This document shows positions 20,814 to 31,679 of a DNA stretch of 64,000 nt, piece by piece. Numbering within the stretch: position 1 is the first letter of the stretch; each line of letters begins with the position of its first letter. Source of the DNA: Clostridia bacterium (GTDB lineage: Bacteria; Bacillota; Clostridia; TANB77; CAG-465); NCBI GenBank assembly GCA_029256705.1, contig JAQSXK010000001.1:29864-93863 (forward strand), in the 5' to 3' direction. The notes below the pieces were generated by a model that worked only from the letters and a program-made list of their open reading frames with translations, was not told the DNA's origin and made no database searches. The position numbers and the translations under genes are program-made.

Positions 20814-22841
20814 TTATTCAGTAAATTTAATTGTTTGTGATTTAACTTCTTTTCCATTTATATATATTTTTAAAGACGCAGATGTATATCCATTAAGTGT
20901 AAACTCTGCCTTAGTAGCAGTTGGTGCAAATGATTTATCAAATACTGTATTAGCAGCTGATCCATCTGTACTTGCAGTTACTTTTACTTCAATATTATCT
21001 GTATATTCAGTTGTACCTTTTAATTCAGTTAAATTTAACGAAACTACTTTGCTTACAGAAAGTCTATTAACAGTTATTGTAACTAAGTCCCCCTCTTTTA
21101 ATTCCTGATTTTGAGGATAGCTTTGAGCAATTACGGTTCCATTAGCTTTACTTTCATCTTTTCCAGTCTCAACCTTTACTGTTAATTTTAAATCTGTTAA
21201 AGTTTTGTTTGCAGCAGCTTCTGTAGAACCTAACACTGATGGCATAACTATTCTAGCTTTTCCATCGCCTTTACTTACTTTAATCTTTATAGTACTTCCA
21301 AAAGGCAGTTGTGTATCTTTAACAGGATCTTGTGATATAACTATATTTTGCAATATTTTAGTACTTACCTCTTCTTCAGCAACAATTACAAAACCAAGTG
21401 TATCTTCAAGTTCATATTTAACAACCTTAATATCTTTACCTGTAACATCCGGAACAGTAACCATTTTTTGACCTTTACTTACAACAACATAAATTTTTCT
21501 ATCTGTTGTTGAAGTAGCCTTTTCAGGTGTTTGCGATATTATTAATCCAATTACTAAAGTAGCATCATATTCAGCTTTGTCTTGAATAATTTCAATGTTT
21601 TGAGTTGCATATTCTTTTACTACTTCTTCAAAACTTCTACCAACTAGATTTGGAACTTCGTATGAAATAGCAGGTTTATTATCTGCATTAATTTTGTTTA
21701 TTATTTTAACCGTAAAAAATATTATAATAGATAGAAGAATTATACCTACAACTGCAGCAATTATAATTATTGTTTTTTTGCTTAACTTTTTATCTGATTT
21801 TTCTACTTCTTCATTTACTTCATCATCTTTTACTATTTCTTTATTTTCTTGTTTTAATTCATTTTTTGAAGTTTTTGATGTTACCAAATTCATTCTACGA
21901 GCATTTCTTGTTCTTAGATTTGGTACTATGTTTTCTTCAATTATTTCATCTGTTATAACAGGAATAATTTGTGTATTTCCAGCTTCTACAGATGAATTTA
22001 TTTTAGCATATTTACTAGAATTATTAAGTGCATTATGAATATCCTCTAACATTTCAGTTGCACTCTTATATCTACTAGCGGTATTTTTTGCCATTGCTTT
22101 TAAAATTATACCATTTAACTGCTCAGATATTTTATCATTAACAACAATAGGTTCAATAGGCATTTCTTGTATATGTTTGAGCGCAACAGAAACTGGAGAA
22201 TCACTATTAAATGGTACTCTACCAGTAGCCATTTCGTACATAACAACGCCAAGTGAATATATATCTGATTTTTCATCTGTATATCCACCTTTAGCATGCT
22301 CTGGAGAAAAATAATGTACTGATCCCATAGTTGTTCCAAAATTAGTTATTGTTGTTGAAGTAGTTGCTTTTGCTATACCAAAATCTGTTACCTTAGCAAC
22401 CATATTTCTATTTAAAACTATATTCTGTGGTTTTATATCTCTATGTATAATATGTTCTTTATGTGCAGCTTCTAACGCTGATGCTATTTGCATAGATATT
22501 TTTAATGTTTCCTCTGTAGAAAGAGCACCTTTTTCTTCTATATAATCTTTTAAAGATCTACTTTCCAAAAGTTCCATAACTATATAGTTTATTCCGTTTT
22601 CTTCACCAACATCATATACAGAAACTATATTTGGATGAGTTAAAGAAGCTGCAGATTGTGCCTCAGTTTTAAATCTTTTAACAAATGTATCATCTTTAGC
22701 ATACTCTGGTTTGAGTACTTTAACAGCAACGTTTCTGTTTAGTAATCTACATCTAGCTTTATACACGTAAGCCATTCCACCTACACCAATTTCTTCAATT
22801 ATCTCATATCTATTAGATAATACCTTACCTATAAGTTCCAT
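20814..22841 (-). CDS. prkC: PASTA-domain Ser/Thr kinase PrkC/PknB
   Basis: IGVGGMAYVY, VAVK, HRDIKPQN, DFGIA, TM helix, three PASTA repeats. Confidence 0.96.
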   Translation of the reverse strand: MELIGKVLSNRYEIIEEIGVGGMAYVYKARCRLLNRNVAVKVLKPEYAKDDTFVKRFKTEAQSAASLTHPNIVSVYDVGEENGINYIVMELLESRSLKDYIEEKGALSTEETLKISMQIASALEAAHKEHIIHRDIKPQNIVLNRNMVAKVTDFGIAKATTSTTITNFGTTMGSVHYFSPEHAKGGYTDEKSDIYSLGVVMYEMATGRVPFNSDSPVSVALKHIQEMPIEPIVVNDKISEQLNGIILKAMAKNTASRYKSATEMLEDIHNALNNSSKYAKINSSVEAGNTQIIPVITDEIIEENIVPNLRTRNARRMNLVTSKTSKNELKQENKEIVKDDEVNEEVEKSDKKLSKKTIIIIAAVVGIILLSIIIFFTVKIINKINADNKPAISYEVPNLVGRSFEEVVKEYATQNIEIIQDKAEYDATLVIGLIISQTPEKATSTTDRKIYVVVSKGQKMVTVPDVTGKDIKVVKYELEDTLGFVIVAEEEVSTKILQNIVISQDPVKDTQLPFGSTIKIKVSKGDGKARIVMPSVLGSTEAAANKTLTDLKLTVKVETGKDESKANGTVIAQSYPQNQELKEGDLVTITVNRLSVSKVVSLNLTELKGTTEYTDNIEVKVTASTDGSAANTVFDKSFAPTATKAEFTLNGYTSASLKIYINGKEVKSQTIKFTE

Positions 22842-22855
22842 AATCCAAACTCCTT

Positions 22856-23611
22856 TTAATTTAAACTTGAAATATCAATTACAAGAGCAGTAATATTATC
22901 AATTCCGCCTTTATCATTTGATTCTTCAACTATTTTTTGTGCTATTATATCAAATTCATTATCTTTAAATATATTTAATATCTCATGGTCTTTAATCATA
23001 TTTGTTACACCATCAGTGCATAAAAGAATGTAACCATCAAGTTTATCATCTACTTTACTAACTTCAGTATCTATTTCCTTAAATACTCCTACTGCTTTTG
23101 TAAGAATATGTTTTTGTGGATGATTTTTAGATTCTTCATAAGTTATAATATTTGTTTTAACTAATGTATTTACATAAGTATCATCTTCGGTCAAACGTAC
23201 TATTTCAGTCAAATTTCTATTTATATAATATATTCTACTATCACCAATAGATAAGTAATATATAGTGTCAAAATATCTAAATACTACTAATAATGTAGTA
23301 CCCATTCCTTTATATTTAATGTCTGTTTTTTCAAGATTAAATATCTTTTCATTAACGTTGGAAACTATATTTTTTAACATATTAGACACATATTTATCTT
23401 TATTTTTACTTTTAGATATACCTTCATATTCATATAATATACTTTCATATATAGATTCTGCGCATATTTTACTTGCGACTTCACCACATTCATATCCGCC
23501 AAGTCCATCAGCCACAATATATATATCACATGCACTATCTATTTTTTTTACTAAATAGTAATCTTCATTTATTTCTCTTTTTTTACCTACGTCACTTCTA
23601 ACAACATACAT
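22856..23611 (-). CDS. prpC: PP2C-type Ser/Thr phosphatase PrpC/Stp1
   Basis: G.KRE.NED, VADGLGG, GDSRIY, LCTDG, DNIT; adjacent to the kinase. Confidence 0.93.
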   Translation of the reverse strand: MYVVRSDVGKKREINEDYYLVKKIDSACDIYIVADGLGGYECGEVASKICAESIYESILYEYEGISKSKNKDKYVSNMLKNIVSNVNEKIFNLEKTDIKYKGMGTTLLVVFRYFDTIYYLSIGDSRIYYINRNLTEIVRLTEDDTYVNTLVKTNIITYEESKNHPQKHILTKAVGVFKEIDTEVSKVDDKLDGYILLCTDGVTNMIKDHEILNIFKDNEFDIIAQKIVEESNDKGGIDNITALVIDISSLN

Positions 23612-23766
23612 GAATAAAAACCACCTACTTTCATATGATATATTTTACTACATAATACATTATATTGCAAGACTTGTCAAAAAATTTAATATAATTTAAT
23701 GCAATATGGTAGCAACTTGAAAAAATACATTCATACCAACTTATATAAGCTGATATGAATATTTTA

Positions 23767-24804
23767 TTACCCTTTATTTTCTTCTATATGTTTTTGCCTC
23801 AATTGTCCACAAGCAGCATCTATATCACTACCTAATTCTCTTCTTACTGTTGTAACAATACCAGATGAATTTAGTGTATCCATAAATATTTGTATATTTT
23901 TTTCTTTAGGTTTAGAATACATACCATTTTTGATCTCGTTTACAGGAATTAAATTTACGTGAGCAATCATACCACGTAAAAGTTTTGCTAAACTAAGTGC
24001 TACTTCTTTCGTGTCATTTACTTCATTAATTAAAGCATATTCAAAACTAATTCTTCTACCTGTTGTTTTTATATAATATTTGCAAGCATCAAGTAATTCT
24101 TTAATTGTATATTTATTTGCTATAGGCATAATTTTTCTTCTCTCTTCATCAGTAGTACTATGTAGAGAAATAGACAAGGTACATTGTATATTTTCGTCTG
24201 CTAGTTTATATATATTTGGAACAATACCACATGTAGATAAACTTATATGTCTAGCCCCTATATTTAGTCCTAAAGGATAATTAATTATTCTAATAGATTT
24301 TACTACATTATCATAATTATCTAAAGGTTCACCAATTCCCATATATACAACATTTGAAATTCTTTCTTTCGTATATTTTTCAACAGCAATTATTTGCCCC
24401 TCAATTTCGCTTGCAAGTAAACTTCTCTCATACCCAGCTTTAGTAGAAGCACAAAATTTACATCCCATTTTACATCCAACTTGTGTAGATACACATATTG
24501 TATTTCCATGATTATATTTCATAAATACAGCTTCAATAGCACAATTATCAGGAAGCTTAATTAAAAACTTAATTGTATCGTCTTTTGTAGATTTTTGAGC
24601 TTCTAAAATAGTTAATTTTATTATACTAGTATTTTCTTTTAATTTATCTCTTAAACTTTTAGATATATCCGTCATTTCATCAAAGCTTTCTACTTTTTCT
24701 CTATGTAGCCATTTATATATTTGTTTTGCATGAAACTTCTTTTCACCTAGTTCGTCAATGTATTTTTCTAATTCTTCTAATGTATATTCATTCAAAATTA
24801 TCAT
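23767..24804 (-). CDS. rlmN: 23S rRNA/tRNA m2A methyltransferase RlmN
   Basis: CVSTQVGCKMGCKFCAS, MGIGEP, IDAACGQL. Confidence 0.96.
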   Translation of the reverse strand: MIILNEYTLEELEKYIDELGEKKFHAKQIYKWLHREKVESFDEMTDISKSLRDKLKENTSIIKLTILEAQKSTKDDTIKFLIKLPDNCAIEAVFMKYNHGNTICVSTQVGCKMGCKFCASTKAGYERSLLASEIEGQIIAVEKYTKERISNVVYMGIGEPLDNYDNVVKSIRIINYPLGLNIGARHISLSTCGIVPNIYKLADENIQCTLSISLHSTTDEERRKIMPIANKYTIKELLDACKYYIKTTGRRISFEYALINEVNDTKEVALSLAKLLRGMIAHVNLIPVNEIKNGMYSKPKEKNIQIFMDTLNSSGIVTTVRRELGSDIDAACGQLRQKHIEENKG

Positions 24805-25745
24805 TCAAACATATCTCCTAATTCTATTTTATTTCCATTTAAAAATGCAGATATCTCCATAACTTTACTACCTTGTGGTTGTATTTTAATTACTTCAATA
24901 CAGCTATCTTTGCATTTGATAACTAATCTATTTTTATTAACATAAACAACTTGACCAATATTTCCTTCAATATTTTCAGTTGTTTTTACTTCTAATACTT
25001 TAAATTTTCTTCCATCATTATGGATTATATAACTACCTATGTATGGAGAAAGTCCTCTTACAAAATTAAATATTTCTCTAGCAGATTTATTAAAATCTAT
25101 TTTTGTCATCTCTTTTTCTATCATAGGAGCAATAGTAAAATCACCTTCTTGTTTTATTCTAACTATATCTCCAATAACTATTTTATCTAAAGTTTTAACT
25201 AATAAATCACTACCAACTTGCATAAGTTTGTTTGTCATTGTTTCCAAATTATCTTCATCAAATATTTTCACTACTTCTGTAAGTAACATATCTCCTGTAT
25301 CCATACCTATATCCATAAACATGGTAGTTATACCAGTTTCAGACTCACCATTAATTATAGCGTGATGTATTGGAGCAGCACCTCTATATTTAGGAAGTAA
25401 TGATCCATGAACATTTATACAGCCTAATCTTGGAAAATCTAATATTTCTTTTGGTAATATCTTTCCATAAGCAGTTACTGCAATTATGTCTGGTTTTAAT
25501 TCATTTAATATTCCAATAACTTCTTCATTTTTTCTAATCTTTTGTGGTTGAAACACAGGTATATTTTTGCTTAGTGCATACTCTTTTACAACTGAAGCTT
25601 TTAACTTCATGCCTCTACCACTTAAAGTATCTGGGTTTGTAAAAACTCCAACTACATTATATCCGCTTTCGTATAAACCTTCTAACGAACATTTAGCAAA
25701 TTCTGGTGTTCCCATAAATACAACTTTAATATCTTTTCTATTCAT
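24801..25745 (-). CDS. fmt: Methionyl-tRNA formyltransferase
   Basis: VFMGTPEFA, AYGKILP, NVHGSLLPKYRGAAPI, MDTGD. Confidence 0.96.
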   Translation of the reverse strand: MNRKDIKVVFMGTPEFAKCSLEGLYESGYNVVGVFTNPDTLSGRGMKLKASVVKEYALSKNIPVFQPQKIRKNEEVIGILNELKPDIIAVTAYGKILPKEILDFPRLGCINVHGSLLPKYRGAAPIHHAIINGESETGITTMFMDIGMDTGDMLLTEVVKIFDEDNLETMTNKLMQVGSDLLVKTLDKIVIGDIVRIKQEGDFTIAPMIEKEMTKIDFNKSAREIFNFVRGLSPYIGSYIIHNDGRKFKVLEVKTTENIEGNIGQVVYVNKNRLVIKCKDSCIEVIKIQPQGSKVMEISAFLNGNKIELGDMFE

Positions 25746-25824
25746 ATATACCTCCGCTTAAAACTAGATTAATTATATCACAAATATGCTTGTTTAGCAA
25801 TACTTTATGTTAATACATATATAA

Positions 25825-25860
25825 AAATAGCGCTACAAAATACTGTAACGCCATTTTAAA
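25825..25860 (-). terminator. Probable terminator downstream of the 1795-aa adhesin gene
   Basis: AAAATGGCGTTACA...TGTAGCGCTATTTT hairpin on the minus strand followed by Ts. Confidence 0.55.
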
Positions 25861-25949
25861 TTTTATTTTTTCTTATATGTCACAAAAAAGTGTACGTAAC
25901 CCAAATGTTCAATTTCTATAGCAGATTTATCACTTGATTTACTTTAATT

Positions 25950-28900
25950 TTATGGATAAATTTCATACAATCTTATACTAGCATATGCGACTTGTGTAAA
26001 ATATTTTATATACTTTGTATTCGCTGGTACTGTATATATATCGGTATATAATGTAACACCATTTATTTTACTATTTCTAGTAAACGTACTTATGACTGCT
26101 TTTTGAGAATTTAAAAAGCTTATACCTGGTATTCCTTCACCCATATCCCATTTGCATTTTATTGTTTTTCCTATCATACTTGTATCTACTTCTATATATT
26201 GATCTGTCTTAGTATAAGTAGATGTATTCAAATTATTATCAAACGCTTCTACTTTTAAAGCATCTGCCACATTTGCCGTATAACTAGATATTATTCTTGT
26301 TTCACTTCCATATTGATCTATTCCTTTTGCATATATTGTCTGACCTTGATCTACTTTGATAGGATTATTAATATAATTTAACCATTCTCCGGTTGTTCCT
26401 ATTCTATATAATTTTTGTATACTACTTTGAAAATATGAAATTGATACCATTTGATGTGGTAGTCTTACAGCATTTGCTGGATCTGCTGTTAATATCATAT
26501 ATCCATCTGTTGTAGTAAATGTTGGTTCATTACTTATTCCAATTTCATATAAATATGTGTAATTTGCTGAACTAGATGTGACACTTATCCATTTTGTATT
26601 ATCTGGTACAGTATATATCTCATCAAATGTTCCACCAGTTTTGCTATAAGTATTTATTACTTGTTTGCTCTCATTTAGAAAGCTAAATGAAATAGTCCAC
26701 TGCCAGCTATATGAATACCATTTTATTCTCATTTTCTTACCTATCATATTACTGTCTACTGCCATCAGTTGATTATTTCCTCCTGATATATATGTGGAAT
26801 CGTTTTTATCATAAGCAGCAGCTCCTAAAGCATCATTCATAGTAGCAGTATAACTTGATACAATTCTAGTTTCAATTCCACTTTGATCTATTCCTTTTGT
26901 ATATATTGTTTGACCTTGTAATATTTTTATAGGTTGATCATTATAATTTAACCAATCTCCTGTAGCTCCTATCCTATATAATCTTTGAACACTTGTTGGA
27001 AAATAATTTACAGTTACCATTTGATATGGTTCTCTTACATCTCTTGTTGGATCAGCTGATAGTACCATATAAGAATTTGCTGCACTGAATGTTGGTTCAT
27101 TACCTGTTTGTATCTCATATAATCCATAAATATTAACTACCTTTATCCACTTTGTATTTAGTGGAATAGTATATACTTCATCATACATAAGATTTTGATT
27201 ATACACAGTTTTATCAATTTGACTTATTATTTGTCTACTTTCATTTAAGAATACAATACTTTGAGTTGATGGACCATTTGCTGCAACATTCCACTTAACC
27301 CTCATATTTTTTCCTTGCATAGTACTATCTACAGCCATATATTGATTTGTTGCATTAGAAATATATGTACTGTTATTACCATCATACGCTTGCGCTTTCA
27401 ATGCATCGGCTGGCATAGTTACTGTTTGACTAACTGATACTTCTAATCCACTACCTTTTTTAACGCTTTTGGCTATTATTGTTCCACTTGAAACATGTAT
27501 TGAGGCTGTATATAATGTCCATGTTGTTCCATTATTCGTACTATAGTAATTATCTATATCTGTTCTATTATCATATACTATAGTCGTAGTATCATCAAAT
27601 ATTACACCATATGAAGCTAATATTGGATAACTAGCTGTTGAATTTATAACTGGTAACTTTGGTTTATCTAGATCTAGACTTACTACCTTCTTTTGAACAG
27701 TTATTTCATTTCCAGCTGTATCTTTACCTTTTGCATATATTGTTACTGTTCCGTCTGCATTTTGCCAATTGTTTGCTAATATTGTATTTGATGTTATTGC
27801 AAATGTAGCTGTATAATTAGTCCAAACCGCATTACTTGTTCCAATCTTATACTGTTTTAAAGTAGCATCGCCATAGTTTATTGTTACATTTGCATTTAAT
27901 CCTACTGTAGTTTCTGGACTAACTTGTATATCTATTTTTGGAGCAGTTAAGTCTACATTTGTTACATTTAATGTATATACTTGTTTATTTCCTACTCTAT
28001 CTTCTGCGTAGAATGTATAGTAACCATTACTTGTTATATTTACTATACTATTATTCGCTATACTAGTTCCCCCACTTGAAAAGTAACTTTCCCCTAAAAT
28101 TCCTGGGGCCCACTTAACAATTCCAACTTCTACATCATCTGTTACATTTACTTTTACTGCTACTTTTTGCATTGCAGTATTTAAATCTGCTGTTAAATTA
28201 ATTATTGGAGGATTCTCATCAATATTTGTTACTTTAAGCATTCCTTCCTTAGACCATACTTCACTTTCATCCATTCCTTTTGCATATATTACTGCGTTAT
28301 TTCTATCTACAGTTATTGGACCAGTATAATCTTGCCAGTCTCCTAGTGTTTCATTTGGATTTAATATTCTATACTGTTTTGTTATAAGTGATTGATCATA
28401 TATAATAGTTACATTTACCTCTTTAGCTGGATTAGTTGTATTTAATACAATTTGTGGAGCTCCAGCTGCAACTCTATCCCATCTCATAAATATATTTTCA
28501 AACATTTCGCTTATTGGTACATTAATTAAATAATAATCTCCCATAAATGTTATCAAATTACCATTTTCATCTTCTATTTTTACTAGTGTTCCATTTTGTA
28601 TAACAGTATCTTTAAATTCTGGTTTTATTAATAATATTCCATCATTTTTATAACTTTTCCAATCACCAGTTGAAGTCCATTTGTACTCTCTACCATTTGA
28701 ACCTTCTGGATAATTTAATTTTAATATATAATAACTTCCTTTATCCAGTACAAGTACTGGTGGTGGCGGAACTATATTACTTACAGTATATGTTGAATTA
28801 GAACTTTGTCCTTTAATATTTTCACTATATGCAAATATTTTAGTACCGTTTTTTGTTACTTCAATATCTCCTGTATAATCTCTCAAAGATCCACCATCTA

Positions 28901-31337
28901 TACTATATCTTTTAATTGTTGCATATTTATCATAGTTTATTTTAATAGTCACTTTACTTGCTTGTATTTTATTTGACGGAATTGCAGTTATTTCAGGTTC
29001 AGATATTCCATCTACTATATTATCTATAGTTTTAGCTGTTTGACCTAATGAATTTGGTGCTTTTGCATATGCATATACTGTGCAGCTTTTATCTACGTCA
29101 AACGCTCCAGTATATTCTTTCAAATCACCATTTGAACCAATTTTATAGTACTTTTCTACTGCTTTTGCATCATATTCTATATTTACTGTAGCCTTTGCTA
29201 CCTTTGTAGTAGAAAGCGCTGGTTCAGGGTTTACATTTATATTTATAGCTAAATTTTGAGTAGTCTTTGGAGGTGTTAATTTTCCTATGTTTGTTATATC
29301 TAAATATGTATCTGTTACTCCATTTACGTTAGTACCTCTAGCATATATTCTTTTATTTTCAGTTATTGTAATAGGTGCAGTATATGGTACATAAATAATT
29401 CCATCCTCACTATATTGTATTTTATCTGCATCATTATATTTTACTGTCACAATTACTGAACTTTGCCCATATGTAGAACTCCACGGATATACTACTGCAT
29501 CTATATATACATATGGTTTAGTAGCCGAAGTACTACCTGTATCTCCAGGTTTTTTAATATTTTGGATTCTTGCCCTTGCTTCTTGTGATTGTCTACCGTC
29601 AGCTGTTTTATAATATGCATAAATTTCCATATTATCTCTAACAACAATTGATGATTTATATTCTACGTAATCTCCATATCTACCAACTTTTAAATATGTT
29701 TTGTTTGCTCCAGCAGGTGATGATACACTTACTGTTACCGATGATACAAATCCACTGGTTGGATCTAAATTTATTATAGGAGCAATAGGTATAGTATCTA
29801 TCACAGGTGGCTCTGGATAAGTATCCGGTGGCGTTACCACTTCGTTTATCCTAATATACGCTATATTTGACTTATTTCCATCTGAATCATAATAATATGC
29901 CATTATGAAAGTTCCCCAATTATTAACAATTATATCTTGTGAATAATTTTGTTCTAATCCATAATTTTGTATATATATTTTTTTAGCAGCATTTGCTGGA
30001 TAAGTTATCTGTACTCTTGCTTTTTCATCAGCATTTTGTCCTGCATTTCTAGTAATAGTAGGTGCTACTAAATTATTATTAGTAGACGTTTTCGGTGGTT
30101 CAAAAGGAGGTGGATTTTTTGGTTCATAAGGAGGTAATGGTTCATGTGGAGTAGGTTCCTTCGGAGGATTACCAGTTGTTGTATCATTTATATATATTGA
30201 TGTTGAAACAGATTTTTTTCCACTAGCGTCATAGTAATATGCTATTATGTATGTTCCATAATTTTGTACATTTACTTCGCTTGTATAATTTTCTTCTATT
30301 CCATAATTTATTGTATATATTTTTCTAGTGGCATTCTCTGGATATGTTACTTTTACTCTTGCTTTTTCTGTTCCTACTGGATCTAATCTAGTTATTGTTG
30401 GTGCTGCCAAAGTAATTTCCTTTATTTCTATATTTCCTATATATACACTATCACTTCCAGAAATATCTCTTGTAAGAAGTAACGAACCATCTGTGTTATA
30501 TATATTTTCAGTCTTTTTTGCTCTTGCTTCTATTATACAGTTTTCAGTGATAATGAAAGGGCCTGTATATGTCATCCAACCGCTTTCACCAACTCTATAT
30601 TCTTTAATTGTTGCAGTTTCATCATAATTTATATTTACATTTACTTGCTCAACTTTTGTAGTTCCGCTACTATCTGGAACTATATCTACTAAAAGCGTTC
30701 CTGCTGGTGGAATAACTACCTCTTTACCATTTACTTTATATTTTATCCATACATCTTTAGTTCTATCTAGTGGAATAGTTATTGGTCCTGTGTAATTTTG
30801 CCACATAAGCATAGGATCAACTCTAATTTCACCTTCACTACCAAGCCTCCACTTTTTTTCCGTTGAATTTGCTGGATAATATAACGTCAATTTTATCCAA
30901 CCATCCCACATCTCCTGATTTTCTTCAGGTCCAGTAATACTTCCATTATCTATTATCCCGTTATCTAAAGTATGCCACCTTTTACCTTCAAAACTATCTC
31001 CAACATAATCATAAATTTGGTTTGTTTTTACGTCTATTATATATCCTTTATCTTTCTTATTACTTGCTAAACCATTTACTCCGGCTTGACTTTCATTTAT
31101 CCAATATAAATCTATATCATCTACTGTTTTACCAGGATTTAATTGTTCGATTGTTGTGCTAAGTGATGGCACATTACTTGTTATGTCTTGTTTATCACTT
31201 AAACTTAGTTTACCTTCTAATGGGAGTTTAAAACTGTTTGGACTAGATATATCTATATTACTAACTGAATACAGATTTACCCCTTCTTCAACATTTTTAA
31301 AATCACTCATGAATCTTGCCTTTTTAGAACTATCCAT
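25950..31337 (-). CDS. Giant pilin-related adhesin A lacking the pilin leader; Ig/Fn3-like repeats, Pro-rich linkers, three C-terminal beta-sandwich repeats
   Basis: N-terminus aligns with the post-helix part of the pilin at 6503; many ~80-aa repeats (I.Y...KEY.IG..W..YT.PI.V..N..IYA); C-terminal 3x DAL...AYD.N.ST...LYEI. Confidence 0.8.
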   Translation of the reverse strand: MDSSKKARFMSDFKNVEEGVNLYSVSNIDISSPNSFKLPLEGKLSLSDKQDITSNVPSLSTTIEQLNPGKTVDDIDLYWINESQAGVNGLASNKKDKGYIIDVKTNQIYDYVGDSFEGKRWHTLDNGIIDNGSITGPEENQEMWDGWIKLTLYYPANSTEKKWRLGSEGEIRVDPMLMWQNYTGPITIPLDRTKDVWIKYKVNGKEVVIPPAGTLLVDIVPDSSGTTKVEQVNVNINYDETATIKEYRVGESGWMTYTGPFIITENCIIEARAKKTENIYNTDGSLLLTRDISGSDSVYIGNIEIKEITLAAPTITRLDPVGTEKARVKVTYPENATRKIYTINYGIEENYTSEVNVQNYGTYIIAYYYDASGKKSVSTSIYINDTTTGNPPKEPTPHEPLPPYEPKNPPPFEPPKTSTNNNLVAPTITRNAGQNADEKARVQITYPANAAKKIYIQNYGLEQNYSQDIIVNNWGTFIMAYYYDSDGNKSNIAYIRINEVVTPPDTYPEPPVIDTIPIAPIINLDPTSGFVSSVTVSVSSPAGANKTYLKVGRYGDYVEYKSSIVVRDNMEIYAYYKTADGRQSQEARARIQNIKKPGDTGSTSATKPYVYIDAVVYPWSSTYGQSSVIVTVKYNDADKIQYSEDGIIYVPYTAPITITENKRIYARGTNVNGVTDTYLDITNIGKLTPPKTTQNLAININVNPEPALSTTKVAKATVNIEYDAKAVEKYYKIGSNGDLKEYTGAFDVDKSCTVYAYAKAPNSLGQTAKTIDNIVDGISEPEITAIPSNKIQASKVTIKINYDKYATIKRYSIDGGSLRDYTGDIEVTKNGTKIFAYSENIKGQSSNSTYTVSNIVPPPPVLVLDKGSYYILKLNYPEGSNGREYKWTSTGDWKSYKNDGILLIKPEFKDTVIQNGTLVKIEDENGNLITFMGDYYLINVPISEMFENIFMRWDRVAAGAPQIVLNTTNPAKEVNVTIIYDQSLITKQYRILNPNETLGDWQDYTGPITVDRNNAVIYAKGMDESEVWSKEGMLKVTNIDENPPIINLTADLNTAMQKVAVKVNVTDDVEVGIVKWAPGILGESYFSSGGTSIANNSIVNITSNGYYTFYAEDRVGNKQVYTLNVTNVDLTAPKIDIQVSPETTVGLNANVTINYGDATLKQYKIGTSNAVWTNYTATFAITSNTILANNWQNADGTVTIYAKGKDTAGNEITVQKKVVSLDLDKPKLPVINSTASYPILASYGVIFDDTTTIVYDNRTDIDNYYSTNNGTTWTLYTASIHVSSGTIIAKSVKKGSGLEVSVSQTVTMPADALKAQAYDGNNSTYISNATNQYMAVDSTMQGKNMRVKWNVAANGPSTQSIVFLNESRQIISQIDKTVYNQNLMYDEVYTIPLNTKWIKVVNIYGLYEIQTGNEPTFSAANSYMVLSADPTRDVREPYQMVTVNYFPTSVQRLYRIGATGDWLNYNDQPIKILQGQTIYTKGIDQSGIETRIVSSYTATMNDALGAAAYDKNDSTYISGGNNQLMAVDSNMIGKKMRIKWYSYSWQWTISFSFLNESKQVINTYSKTGGTFDEIYTVPDNTKWISVTSSSANYTYLYEIGISNEPTFTTTDGYMILTADPANAVRLPHQMVSISYFQSSIQKLYRIGTTGEWLNYINNPIKVDQGQTIYAKGIDQYGSETRIISSYTANVADALKVEAFDNNLNTSTYTKTDQYIEVDTSMIGKTIKCKWDMGEGIPGISFLNSQKAVISTFTRNSKINGVTLYTDIYTVPANTKYIKYFTQVAYASIRLYEIYP

Positions 31338-31346
31338 GATACCATA
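31245..31346. repeat. 102-bp identical direct repeat, copy 1 (5' end of adhesin A)
   Basis: Base-by-base identical to 39260-39361 (offset 8015). Confidence 0.95.
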
Positions 31347-31405
31347 TATTTATTATATCCATTTATTGATTTTCTAATAAACTTTTATTAACATATTTTT
31401 ACATA

Positions 31406-31525
31406 AATAAAATTGCTAATAAACCTACTTATATTAGCAATTTTATTATATTATATATGTTTTTTTTTGTCAATATCTTTTACACTTATTATATGTTAAA
31501 TTATGATTTGTAATATATTTGTAAT
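31406..31525 (-). promoter_or_regulatory. Regulatory module of adhesin A: consensus sigma-A promoter, overlapping 15-bp inverted repeat, upstream TGTAAT-N5-TGTAAT box
   Basis: TTGACA (31468-73)-17-TATAAT (31445-50); AATAAAATTGCTAAT-N12-ATTAGCAATTTTATT (31406-47); direct repeat at 31509-25. Confidence 0.8.
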
Positions 31526-31679
31526 CTTAAAACATATTATCTATTTAATTGTTGTTTTAAAATATTTTATTATCCCATTTTATGAAATTTGACATATGTG
31601 TTATAATATATGATATTTAATATTTTAATGTATACAAAAACTTTTGTATACACTTACAATAATTTAAGGAGGGGCTACT

